Made by a program: the position numbers and the translations under genes. A stretch of DNA of 38,055 nucleotides from a virus (lineage: Duplodnaviria; Caudoviricetes): positions 1 through 38,055 of the IMG/VR virus record IMGVR_UViG_3300044475_000296, one strand, 5' to 3'. Positions 18,911-27,902 of the stretch are shown piece after piece. Position 1 is the first letter of the stretch; the number at the start of each line of letters is the position of its first letter. The notes under the pieces were generated by a model, which worked only from the letters and a program-made list of their open reading frames with translations, was not told the origin of the DNA and did no database searches.

Positions 18911-21367
18911 ATGCATCCAAATTGCATCCAAGAAGTAGAAATCGCTATCGGTCGAAAGCTGACAAAAAAAGAAACGGACGGGATAGAGACGACGATAAGT
19001 TACCACCTGCGGGAGCTGGCTAGAGAAGACCGCCAGCGTTTCAGCTCGTTATCTCAGCAAGACAGGCTAATGGAGGCGGCACAGCGCGCAATGGCCGCTC
19101 ATACTCTGCGCGCTGAAAAAATCGCAGAGCGCCGGGCGCTTAATATGGTGGCTCAGGTTAAAAACGTTGAGGCACTAACTGAACGTGCCGCCGTTTTGGG
19201 CGGTAAAGCACCATTTCACAAGGCGCTGTTTGAAAGGTTGCGGCAACTGGATGTCCGCGTTCGAGGTGAGCGAGCGGCCGCATTCAGTGAAATAGTTGAT
19301 ACGATCAATGCTGTCGAACCCCGATTTCTCGGCCTGTTCGATAACCCCGTAGCGACAAAAGCGTTTATCTATGAAGTTTACGGGACCAATACTGGCAATC
19401 CGGTAGCTGCGAAAGCCGCAAAAGCATGGAACCAGCAGATTGAAGGGTTGCGCCAGCGCGCCAATTCAGCAGGAATGGATATCGGCAAATTGGATTATGG
19501 ATACGTCCCGCAGCCGCACGATTTAACACTCATGGTTAAGGCGGGAAAAGAAAAATGGACTGACTTTATCCTGCCTACGCTCGATCGCTCCAGATACTTA
19601 AACGAAGATGGTACCGCGATGGATACCGGGCAGATGCGCGATTTTCTCGGCAAGGCTTATGACACGATTACGACCCAGGGAAATAATAAACTCGAACCCG
19701 GGCAGGTCGCTATGGGCAGCCGTGCATCTAAGGGCGACGAGTCACACCGCCAGATCCATTTTAATGACGCGGACAGTTATCTTAAGTACATGGATGCATA
19801 CGGGCAGGGTACCGTTTTTGAGGGGATGCAAGGACATATTTTCGGTATAACGAAAGATATTGCGCTAATCGAAGAGATGGGGCCAAGCCCCAGCCGGACG
19901 TTTGATTTACTCAGGGATACAGCCACAAATAAGGATGCAATCAATCTACGGAAACATCCTGCCTCATCCCGTGAATTTGGTGCAACGCCGGAAATGGTGT
20001 GGGATACGCTAAACGGCTCGTTGAATATGCCTGTTGATGCTCGCTTTGCTGATATCAATCAAGGGATAAGGAATCTGTTAACCTCAACCAAGCTGGTGAG
20101 GGCTTTTTTATCGTCAATCACTGATGTTCCTACGCTAATGCTGGCCTCCGCGTACCATAACCTTCCGATGGGAAAAACGATGGTGAATACGTTAAGGAGC
20201 TTCAGTTCTGACTATCGTCAGGATGCCGCGCGGCTTGGTTTGGCGACAGACTCCATTATTAGTGATATGAGTCGGTTTCATGGTGAAAAGCTGACTCAAG
20301 GGTGGACGGGGAAATTAGCATCCGCGACGATGCGCGCTACGCTGCTGGAGGGATGGACTAACGCGATTCGGCGCGGTTTCTCTGTCACCATGATGTCAAA
20401 AATTGCATCAATGAGTAGGAATAATTGGGCGGTTCTTGATCAAGCAGATCGGGCGTTAATGATGCGCCGCGGTATTACGGAAAGCGATTGGGCGATGTGG
20501 CAGCAGGCAACACCGGAAAAATTTAAAGGGCAACCAATGTTAACGCCGCGCAGTATTCGCGCTATTAGTGGCGCTGATGATAGCGCCAAGAATTCAGCAA
20601 TCAGTAAGTTGCTGGGCTTTATTAATGATGAATCAGAGTATGCGTCTCTTGGTCCAGATATTATGGCACGATCCGCGATGATGCAGGGCACGCAGCGCGG
20701 AACTGTGGGCGGTGAGTTGCTGCGGCATTTTATGCTGTTTAAGTCGTTTTCTTTCGGGATGATGTCTAGGCATTTACGGCGAGTCAGTGAGATACAAGAG
20801 GGGACGGGGAAGTTGGCATACTCCGCATCTTTGCTCGTTGGGACCACTTTGTTTGGTGCGTTGGCTATTCACTTAAAAGATATTGCAGATGGAAAAGATC
20901 CGCGCGATATGTCTACGGCTAAATTTGGTGTTGCGGCATTTCTACAGGGCGGTGGGATGGGCATCGTTGGCGATATGTTCTATACAGGAATGGGTGGCGA
21001 CAGTCGGGGCGGACAACCTAACTGGATGAACTTGCTTGGTCCTGTGTTTGGTACGGGCGCTGACGCTGTCAATGTGACCCTCGGTAATGCAACCAAAGCC
21101 GCGTTAGGAAAAAACACGCATGCAGCGGCCGATTTGTTAAGGTTCACCAAGCAGAATGCTCCCGGCGTTAACTTTATGAACCTCTGGTATACCAAAGCCG
21201 CATTTGATCATGCATTCTATAACCAGATGATGGAAGAGGCGTCACCTGGTTATTTGCGCCGCATGAAAGACCGAGCGCGTAAAGACTGGAATCAGCGTTT
21301 TTGGTGGGAGCCAGGTGATGTCGCACCAAATAGGGCACCGGATTTAAGTAGAGCATTTGGGGATTAA
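18911..21367 (+). CDS. Large internal virion/ejection protein
   Basis: 818 aa; YVPQPHD, GTVGGELLR..FKSF, NLWYTKAAFD, PGYLRRM; last gene of the ejection module. Confidence 0.7.
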   Translation: MHPNCIQEVEIAIGRKLTKKETDGIETTISYHLRELAREDRQRFSSLSQQDRLMEAAQRAMAAHTLRAEKIAERRALNMVAQVKNVEALTERAAVLGGKAPFHKALFERLRQLDVRVRGERAAAFSEIVDTINAVEPRFLGLFDNPVATKAFIYEVYGTNTGNPVAAKAAKAWNQQIEGLRQRANSAGMDIGKLDYGYVPQPHDLTLMVKAGKEKWTDFILPTLDRSRYLNEDGTAMDTGQMRDFLGKAYDTITTQGNNKLEPGQVAMGSRASKGDESHRQIHFNDADSYLKYMDAYGQGTVFEGMQGHIFGITKDIALIEEMGPSPSRTFDLLRDTATNKDAINLRKHPASSREFGATPEMVWDTLNGSLNMPVDARFADINQGIRNLLTSTKLVRAFLSSITDVPTLMLASAYHNLPMGKTMVNTLRSFSSDYRQDAARLGLATDSIISDMSRFHGEKLTQGWTGKLASATMRATLLEGWTNAIRRGFSVTMMSKIASMSRNNWAVLDQADRALMMRRGITESDWAMWQQATPEKFKGQPMLTPRSIRAISGADDSAKNSAISKLLGFINDESEYASLGPDIMARSAMMQGTQRGTVGGELLRHFMLFKSFSFGMMSRHLRRVSEIQEGTGKLAYSASLLVGTTLFGALAIHLKDIADGKDPRDMSTAKFGVAAFLQGGGMGIVGDMFYTGMGGDSRGGQPNWMNLLGPVFGTGADAVNVTLGNATKAALGKNTHAAADLLRFTKQNAPGVNFMNLWYTKAAFDHAFYNQMMEEASPGYLRRMKDRARKDWNQRFWWEPGDVAPNRAPDLSRAFGD

Positions 21368-21368
21368 C

Positions 21369-21842
21369 ATGACTAGAGATAGGTCGCTTTCGGGTATTGC
21401 AGGTTGGCTTAGATTTTTAGTAATAATAATTTTTATTGGCGGTACGTTTCAAATACTAATTAGCATTGGAGCCTCAGAGTGGAAAGACCTCGAAAGAGCA
21501 AGTCCTGAGTTAATATATCACTCTGGGTTTCAGAATTTACAGATGGCTGACAGAGCAGTCGGTTTTTTATCAGGCGCTATTTTGCTTTATGCCGGATTCC
21601 TTCTTCTAAAGAGAAAGGTTGCTAGCACTGTCGTATCTGTAAAGTTGATTGTTGGTGTGTTTTTCCCTTTGCTTATTTTGGTTAGATATATTGTGTCCCC
21701 TTACTTGTTTCTAGGATTACCCCCTGCTGAGGTTTTGGCTGAACCGGGAGTGCCTAAAGATATAGCCAGAACTTTTATCTGGGCGGCTATATGGGTTTCC
21801 TATTTACACCGTTCCAATAGGGTAAAGAACACATATCAATAG
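21369..21842 (+). CDS. DUF2569-like membrane protein (moron)
   Basis: GIAGWL at the N-terminus, about 4 TM segments, IWVSYLHRSNRVKNTY at the C-terminus; AT-rich. Confidence 0.7.
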   Translation: MTRDRSLSGIAGWLRFLVIIIFIGGTFQILISIGASEWKDLERASPELIYHSGFQNLQMADRAVGFLSGAILLYAGFLLLKRKVASTVVSVKLIVGVFFPLLILVRYIVSPYLFLGLPPAEVLAEPGVPKDIARTFIWAAIWVSYLHRSNRVKNTYQ

Positions 21843-21856
21843 TCAGAAAACCGACC
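21841..21856 (+). repeat. Degenerate late-motif copy 3 (no -10 at the conserved spacing)
   Basis: AGTCAGAAAACCGACC. Confidence 0.6.
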
Positions 21857-21869
21857 ACCTGCCTCAAAC

Positions 21870-21898
21870 TTGCAAATACGTTTTGTATGGCTTAGGTT
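21870..21898 (+). promoter_or_regulatory. Putative sigma70 promoter of the two-gene moron
   Basis: TTGCAA-17-TAGGTT. Confidence 0.45.
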
Positions 21899-21950
21899 TG
21901 TAGATGACGCTATAGTTAGTAAAATCTAAAGCAACTAGCACCTTCATAGC

Positions 21951-22709
21951 ATGCATGCACCAGAGCCAAAAACCAACGATTTGCTTGATAAATTAAGACC
22001 CTCCATAACTGATCGCCATGCTCACCTTAGTGAGTTTGAGTTGAGAATGTTATCTAGGGACGCTCAGCGTATTGAAATTTTGAGTCAAAGATGGTCAATT
22101 GAAAGCATGATTGCCTTTGTGAAAGGCGATATAGATGAAGGTGTTAGGCTCAGTGAGAAAGCTATAGCGCAGGATCCTTGTTTATCACCATGCTGGACTA
22201 ACTATGCAACGGCATTGCGCGCTCGTGGTTTTTATGTTCGTGAATGGGATGTCGTAACTCGAAGTCTTAAGTATAGACTGCCTTTGGCCTTGTCATACGC
22301 CCACACGCTTGCAGCTGAATGGGCTGATCTTGAACGATTGGACGAAGTTTGCGCCATAATCGAAAAAATGGAGTTGGCCGATAATATGAGTGCTGCTCTC
22401 TTGGATGTTTACAACTTCTTCACTGATAAGCATAAACTACTCAAGAGCGCCGGAGAAGAAACATCTTCCGAACTTGCGGTTATGGCTGCTGTGGTCCGAC
22501 AGTTGGCTGAGGATGAACGGTTACCTTCAATCGTTACCAGGATAACTCATGATGGTGAAGGTCTATATGGCTTAGTTTGTGGGGTGGATACCATAGATCC
22601 GTATTACTTACTTAAACTGGATAACATGCTTTTCGACAGACTGATTGCTCAAGGCATTAAATCAAAAAACTGTATTGCGTTTTTCGAGTCTATAGCTGAG
22701 GAAGAGTAG
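21951..22709 (+). CDS. Hypothetical helical (TPR-like) protein, HEPN partner
   Basis: KGDIDEGVRLSEKAIAQDP..WTNYATAL looks like a TPR unit. Confidence 0.65.
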   Translation: MHAPEPKTNDLLDKLRPSITDRHAHLSEFELRMLSRDAQRIEILSQRWSIESMIAFVKGDIDEGVRLSEKAIAQDPCLSPCWTNYATALRARGFYVREWDVVTRSLKYRLPLALSYAHTLAAEWADLERLDEVCAIIEKMELADNMSAALLDVYNFFTDKHKLLKSAGEETSSELAVMAAVVRQLAEDERLPSIVTRITHDGEGLYGLVCGVDTIDPYYLLKLDNMLFDRLIAQGIKSKNCIAFFESIAEEE

Positions 22710-22711
22710 TT

Positions 22712-23119
22712 ATGTCTGTAAGTGTGGATTGTTTTTTAGATATAGCTAAGAGTTCTTTAGAAAACAACGGCGAACAGTGGACGAGAAACGCTATAAGCCG
22801 TTCGTATTATTTCATGTTTCATTCTGTGAAAAGCGTTATCAGCGGCCAAGTCCCCGATAAAGATAAAGCAGGTAATCGGCTTCCTTTCGGGGAGCACAAA
22901 AGGTTAAGTGAGTATCTTTGCTGTGGGGATGCTGCGGCTGCTTATTCTCTTGATGTCGCTACTACTGAAAAAATCGGAATGAAATTGAGAGCCGCACACC
23001 TGAAACGTTGCGATGCTGATTATGCTTTGGAAAAGAAAATAAACAGAATTGACGCAATAACGATGATTGCTTCTGCCGAGGAATTAGCGCAAGACGTTAA
23101 TAGCCTTTGCGTACCCTGA
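22712..23119 (+). CDS. HEPN-domain protein (UPF0332-like)
   Basis: RNAISRSYYFMFH, EH, KRCDADY motifs. Confidence 0.75.
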   Translation: MSVSVDCFLDIAKSSLENNGEQWTRNAISRSYYFMFHSVKSVISGQVPDKDKAGNRLPFGEHKRLSEYLCCGDAAAAYSLDVATTEKIGMKLRAAHLKRCDADYALEKKINRIDAITMIASAEELAQDVNSLCVP

Positions 23120-23120
23120 T

Positions 23121-23154
23121 AGTCAGGATTCCGACCACTAACCCGTAGCATCAT
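23121..23154 (+). promoter_or_regulatory. Late-promoter motif copy 4 (terminase)
   Basis: AGTCAGGATTCCGACC + 12 nt + CATCAT. Confidence 0.7.
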
Positions 23155-23183
23155 AGCCTCATGTTTATCATGGGGCTTTTTTT
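23155..23183 (+). terminator. Terminator of the moron, overlapping the terS ribosome-binding site
   Basis: AGCCTCATG-tttat-CATGGGGCT-T6 immediately before ATG 23184. Confidence 0.7.
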
Positions 23184-23519
23184 ATGAATGACGATTACAA
23201 ATCCCGCCTTACCGTACTGAGCGACAAACTAACCGATACCGTGCTTACAGAAGCCGATCCGGATAACTGGCCGGGGGCTGGCAAGACCATCGACAAACAC
23301 ACCAAACAGGAGCGCGGCGATCGGTACTGGTTCAAGAAAAACGCGGCGGCCACGCTAACGTTACTGACTAAGGTTCACTCTCTTATCGGTATTCACGCGC
23401 GCGGAGGGGCGCCGAAAGAGGGCGGTAACGATGATGAGGCTTTCGAGTTAGGCCAGCAGGTGGCAAAAGCAGAGCGTGCAGCCGCGGCAATTATTGAGCG
23501 CATCCAGAAAGGCAAATGA
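23184..23519 (+). CDS. Putative terminase small subunit
   Basis: Coupled (ATGA) upstream of the large terminase. Confidence 0.65.
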   Translation: MNDDYKSRLTVLSDKLTDTVLTEADPDNWPGAGKTIDKHTKQERGDRYWFKKNAAATLTLLTKVHSLIGIHARGGAPKEGGNDDEAFELGQQVAKAERAAAAIIERIQKGK

Positions 23520-25126
23520 TCTCATTTGTCGCTTTCTTCATCATCTGGGCGGAGCGCATGGGCTGGGATGTGCCGGACTGCCACTATCGCGCCTGTCACT
23601 GGCTGGAGCATCGCGGCGATCTGGCGGTGCTTCGCTGCTTTCGTGGTTTCGGTAAATCAACGATTCTTGCTGTGTATAACGCGTGGCGTTATTACCGCGA
23701 CAACACCTATCGAATTCTCCACCAGTCAGAGTCTGACGGTACCGCATACAAAACCAGCCGCGACACGCAGAACGTGATCCGCAATCATCCGTTGACCAAA
23801 GGCATGTTACCGGACGGGCAGGGAACCGTTGAACAATGGTGGGTTAATAACGCACTGGATAAACGAAATGCCAGCATGTACGCCAAAGGCATTCTATCCA
23901 ACGTGACATCCGCACGCGCCGACGAGTGCCAGAATGATGACGTGGAAGTGCCGCGCAATATTCAGACGCCAGAGGCGCGTGAAAAACTCCGGTATCGGCT
24001 GGGCGAACAAACTCACATTCTGGTACCGGGTGGGAGAAAGCTCTATATCGGTACGCCGCATACCCACGACAGCCTTTATGATGAGGTGGAAAAGATGGGC
24101 GCTGACTGCCTCACGATAAAACTGTTCCATCACGAATATCGGATCGAAGAAAAGAAAGCCAAAAAAACACGCTACCTGATAAATTTTTGTCCTGAGTATG
24201 TTTTCGTTGGCATCCATAATGGCGCACGTCTTCTGACTGAGGGGGTTGATTACCAACTGACGGCGTACGGCATAGAGTTTGCTGAGCCGCCAGATATGCT
24301 GGTGGACTGTTACGCAGGGTGCGAATGGCCAGATCGATTCACGCGTAAAGAAATGCTAAAACGCAGGAAAGAAACCCGCACGATAAATGAGTGGGATAGC
24401 CAGTATCAGCTGCACAGTAAACCAGTTGGTGATGTTCGCCTTAACCCTGATCGCATCCGTGAGTATGCCGTGCAGCCAGAAGTGCGTTATGCCAATGGCG
24501 GCTGTTCAATGTGGCTGGGTAATCTGCAAATTGTTGGGGCGGTGGCGTGGTGGGATGTCGCCAGCGGCAAGGTGAAAGCCGACGCCAGCGCGTTTTCCTT
24601 AATGCTTACTGATGCGCGAGGGCATTTGTATTGGCACGTCTGCCAGGCACTAACGGGTGAACTGGCCGAGTTCGACGAGAAAGACAAGATTGTTGGCGGG
24701 CAGGTGGTACAGATTCGTGATCTTGTGACTAAGTATCAAATCCCCCGCGTTGTCGTTGAAGTAAATGGCCCCGGATCGTTTGCCGGAAAACTGCTGCGTC
24801 AGGCACTGAAAGGCACAGGGTGCGGCGTTCAAGAAGAGTTTTCCACTACCAACAAACAGAAGCGCATTCTTGATGCGTTTGAGGCTCCGCTCTCGTCTAA
24901 ATTCCTGTGGGCGCACAGCGATGTACTCGACGGCCCGATGTATGACCAGATGCGCGACTTCAACCCAGCAGTAACCGATCAGCCGGACGATTATATAGAC
25001 TCCGGTGCGGGGGCAATAAGTCAGACACCAGTACGAATAGGAAAGTTAGTCGGGAAACCGACCGCGGGGGCGCGGGAAAATTGGCAGCCATACGATGGCG
25101 ATTGTGAGGTCGCTACAGACTACTAA
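23516..25126 (+). CDS. terL: Terminase large subunit
   Basis: FRGFGKS Walker A, ECQNDD Walker B, IGTPH, WWDVA nuclease Asp, VEVNG, DDYIDS. Confidence 0.92.
   Translation: MISFVAFFIIWAERMGWDVPDCHYRACHWLEHRGDLAVLRCFRGFGKSTILAVYNAWRYYRDNTYRILHQSESDGTAYKTSRDTQNVIRNHPLTKGMLPDGQGTVEQWWVNNALDKRNASMYAKGILSNVTSARADECQNDDVEVPRNIQTPEAREKLRYRLGEQTHILVPGGRKLYIGTPHTHDSLYDEVEKMGADCLTIKLFHHEYRIEEKKAKKTRYLINFCPEYVFVGIHNGARLLTEGVDYQLTAYGIEFAEPPDMLVDCYAGCEWPDRFTRKEMLKRRKETRTINEWDSQYQLHSKPVGDVRLNPDRIREYAVQPEVRYANGGCSMWLGNLQIVGAVAWWDVASGKVKADASAFSLMLTDARGHLYWHVCQALTGELAEFDEKDKIVGGQVVQIRDLVTKYQIPRVVVEVNGPGSFAGKLLRQALKGTGCGVQEEFSTTNKQKRILDAFEAPLSSKFLWAHSDVLDGPMYDQMRDFNPAVTDQPDDYIDSGAGAISQTPVRIGKLVGKPTAGARENWQPYDGDCEVATDY
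25048..25081 (+). promoter_or_regulatory. Late-promoter motif copy 5 (tail fibre), embedded in terL
   Basis: AGTCGGGAAACCGACC + 12 nt + GAAAAT. Confidence 0.7.
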
Positions 25127-25141
25127 TCTGAGGCTGACAAG

Positions 25142-27550
25142 ATGGCTGTTCCAGAACAAACCCCCTATAACATCTACACCGCCAACGGCGTTACCACTGT
25201 TTTCCCGTATGAGTTCTATATCCTGCAAACTGGCGATTTGGCAGTTTCCATCGATGGGGTTGCGGCTAGTGGCTTTTCGGTGTCAGGTGTTGGTACCGTA
25301 AACGGCGGTGAAGTGGCGTTCCTTATCGCCCCTGCATCTGGCAGCAAAGTAATGATCGAGCGAATTATTCCCGCTACGCGCACCACGGACTATCAAGATA
25401 ATGGCGACATGCTCGCCAGTACTATTAATCAGGATTTCGATCGGATCTGGATGGCGATCAAACAGGCATTTGTTTCCCTCGGAGTTTCGTTATTGCGCCC
25501 GATTTTTGGCGGGCCATTCAATGCCACGGGGTATCGAATCGCTAACTTGAGCGACCCGATCAAAGATCAGGACGCAGCAACGAAAAAGTGGGTGCAAGAG
25601 CAAGACTTTTCTTTGCAATCCAGATCACTGCGCGTTTCAGACTCCAACATTCCACCTCTGCCGAATGCCGCAGAGCGCGCCAATAAAGTTCCTGCGTTTG
25701 ATGGTGCGGGTAACCCCACCGTAATGATACCTGCATCCGGCTCTGCCGCTGATGTCCTGATTCAATTAGCACAGTTTGACGGCTTCAAAAATGTTGGCGG
25801 ATCACATGTGTTCAGAATGACGCTAGCTCAAGCAAAATCATTTTCTGCATACGCAGTGAATCAGCGCGTATTCATCACCGATATTGGCTATCTATTCAGA
25901 TTTAATCCTACACGCAACATTATTCCAGGCCAGCCGGCATCAGGTATATCCACTGACGACGAACTACATAAAATAGTGGCAGGCGGCGGTATGCTTGAGT
26001 TTGACGATTACGACAAGTTGAGCAGCATTGAGTCGCAAAACTACGCTAAATACCTGTCGCGCCTGCGCACAAATAAATCGATCGGGCTTGTTGCGTACGG
26101 CGACTCAATAACGTGGGGGCAGCGCCCGGACGGCGGACAATACCCGCTGCACTATCCAGCGCAGATCGCGCAAACCATGTCTACCCGCACACAGTGTGCG
26201 TGGACTAGCCAAAACATGGCGTCGCCGGGTGATCGTGCGCTGACAAATTACGTCAGAACAATCAATGACGGCACGGCAGGGCATATTTCTACGATCATGC
26301 TTGGCGTTAATGACATTAAAGCAGCAACGGACAACGGAAATAACCCTGAGGATATAGAGGGGGACGGACTATATAGCGTCAAAAATTATGCTGTAGTGAT
26401 GCGAAAATTCGTGGCACGCGAACTGCTGCGCGGGCGATGTGTGGTGGTACTAGGTACAACGCAATGGGTCAGTGCTGCCAACCCATCACCAATGAGTAAC
26501 ATGACGGAATGTTATCTATCTAAGACATATGATTCCGCTGCTAATGCTGTCGCTAGTGAATTTGGATGTATGTTTGTTGACACTATGCGTGACGTGATTC
26601 AGCAGTTCGGAATTAGTGAGTCATGTCATGATGGCCTACACCTGAGAGGGGACTTTTTGCCTATTATCGGTAAACGATTCGCGTGCGTGTTCATGCATCA
26701 GGACTATAAAAAACCCCGAAAAATTTCCTCGGGCGATGTGTTTATTCCCGGATTTTTTCAGAATCCAATATCATCGAATCGAACAATAACCCACAGTTCG
26801 TTTACTAACGGATCATCCCCACCGTTCGGTGGTGCCGCAAACAATCCAGAGGCTATGGGCGTACTGCTGCCAAACGATGCGACCGGTGGTAACGTAACGT
26901 TCGCTTTGTATATTGATACAGATAACCTGGTTGCGTACCCGTCAATAAATTCAGACGGGACGCCGTATACGCTTGATGTGATCGCTGATGATGGTGCAAC
27001 TCAGCCTGATTACCCGTCTGATGTGGAGATAATCCCTGTATTACGTGATCGTCAATATATTGTATCTGGTCGATCCGTTGGTGGTTCAGCACCAAAAAAT
27101 CGCGCGACTGAAAAATACACAGTTCAGCGTGTGAATGGCTGCTACATGCACTTTACTACGCGCGGCTGGCATATGCTGACGTTCGCCGTTGGGCAAAACG
27201 CTGGTGTTGCGGCGGTAGAAGGGGTTGTTTTTGATAGCTGGTCGAACGTGAGGAATAACGATGTGTACGGCGGCGTGTCTGGAACCCTGTTCAGACGGGG
27301 GGTCGCAAGCACAATGACCGGATTTGTGAATGCGTGCACGTCAGAAGCCACTGGCGTTTTTGACGTAGCAATCAGTAATCTTGTGCCTGAAAATTATCGC
27401 GTCGAAGTTGAGTACACTGAAGACGCGGCGCTCATTCATCATCGCGTGATATTTAAAGCTGAAGGATCTTTCCGCATCCAGTTCTATAACGCCGCTGGCG
27501 CGCTCGTCAATCCCACTTCATTTAGAGTGACCGTTTTAGGCGGTCGATAA
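25142..27550 (+). CDS. Tail fibre/spike with T7-like N-terminal anchor and SGNH esterase domain
   Basis: YTANGVTTVFPYEF..DFDRIWM anchor; GDSITWG, LGVND, DGLH SGNH blocks. Confidence 0.88.
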   Translation: MAVPEQTPYNIYTANGVTTVFPYEFYILQTGDLAVSIDGVAASGFSVSGVGTVNGGEVAFLIAPASGSKVMIERIIPATRTTDYQDNGDMLASTINQDFDRIWMAIKQAFVSLGVSLLRPIFGGPFNATGYRIANLSDPIKDQDAATKKWVQEQDFSLQSRSLRVSDSNIPPLPNAAERANKVPAFDGAGNPTVMIPASGSAADVLIQLAQFDGFKNVGGSHVFRMTLAQAKSFSAYAVNQRVFITDIGYLFRFNPTRNIIPGQPASGISTDDELHKIVAGGGMLEFDDYDKLSSIESQNYAKYLSRLRTNKSIGLVAYGDSITWGQRPDGGQYPLHYPAQIAQTMSTRTQCAWTSQNMASPGDRALTNYVRTINDGTAGHISTIMLGVNDIKAATDNGNNPEDIEGDGLYSVKNYAVVMRKFVARELLRGRCVVVLGTTQWVSAANPSPMSNMTECYLSKTYDSAANAVASEFGCMFVDTMRDVIQQFGISESCHDGLHLRGDFLPIIGKRFACVFMHQDYKKPRKISSGDVFIPGFFQNPISSNRTITHSSFTNGSSPPFGGAANNPEAMGVLLPNDATGGNVTFALYIDTDNLVAYPSINSDGTPYTLDVIADDGATQPDYPSDVEIIPVLRDRQYIVSGRSVGGSAPKNRATEKYTVQRVNGCYMHFTTRGWHMLTFAVGQNAGVAAVEGVVFDSWSNVRNNDVYGGVSGTLFRRGVASTMTGFVNACTSEATGVFDVAISNLVPENYRVEVEYTEDAALIHHRVIFKAEGSFRIQFYNAAGALVNPTSFRVTVLGGR

Positions 27551-27552
27551 TC

Positions 27553-27585
27553 GGTCAGGAAACCGACCGCTATTACATTGAACAT
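27553..27585 (+). promoter_or_regulatory. Late-promoter motif copy 6 (lysis cassette)
   Basis: GGTCAGGAAACCGACC + 11 nt + GAACAT. Confidence 0.7.
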
Positions 27586-27620
27586 ACGCATTACTAATAA
27601 TAATGGGGTGCGTATGCAAA

Positions 27621-27902
27621 ATGAACGAAAACGGCGGTAACACTTATTTTTGGTCGTGGGCAACTGGTGCGCTCACGGCCTTATCACTTCAAGACATGAT
27701 TTTCGCGCTAGGCGCTATATTCACAGCGATATTCACTGTCTACACATACCGCTCAAACGACAGGAAAAATAAAGCACTGGCTGCGGAGGCGCGCAGGCAG
27801 ACAGAAATACTTGAACACCTCGCAAGCATTCAACAAATCACACCAAAAGAGTTCATTGCGGCTACAAGAAACATAAAAGGCGGCACAGATGAGCAAGTTT
27901 AA
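27621..27902 (+). CDS. Holin
   Basis: Small, hydrophobic N-terminal half, charged C-terminus, directly before endolysin; start 27621 (or 27603). Confidence 0.75.
   Translation: MNENGGNTYFWSWATGALTALSLQDMIFALGAIFTAIFTVYTYRSNDRKNKALAAEARRQTEILEHLASIQQITPKEFIAATRNIKGGTDEQV

Noticed and set aside
7081-27568. Late motif as CRISPR repeat, terminator or N4-type hairpin promoter
   Set aside because: Copies are kilobases apart with no spacers and no U tracts, variants break pairing (GTCAG vs CCGAC), and no virion RNA polymerase motif was recognised
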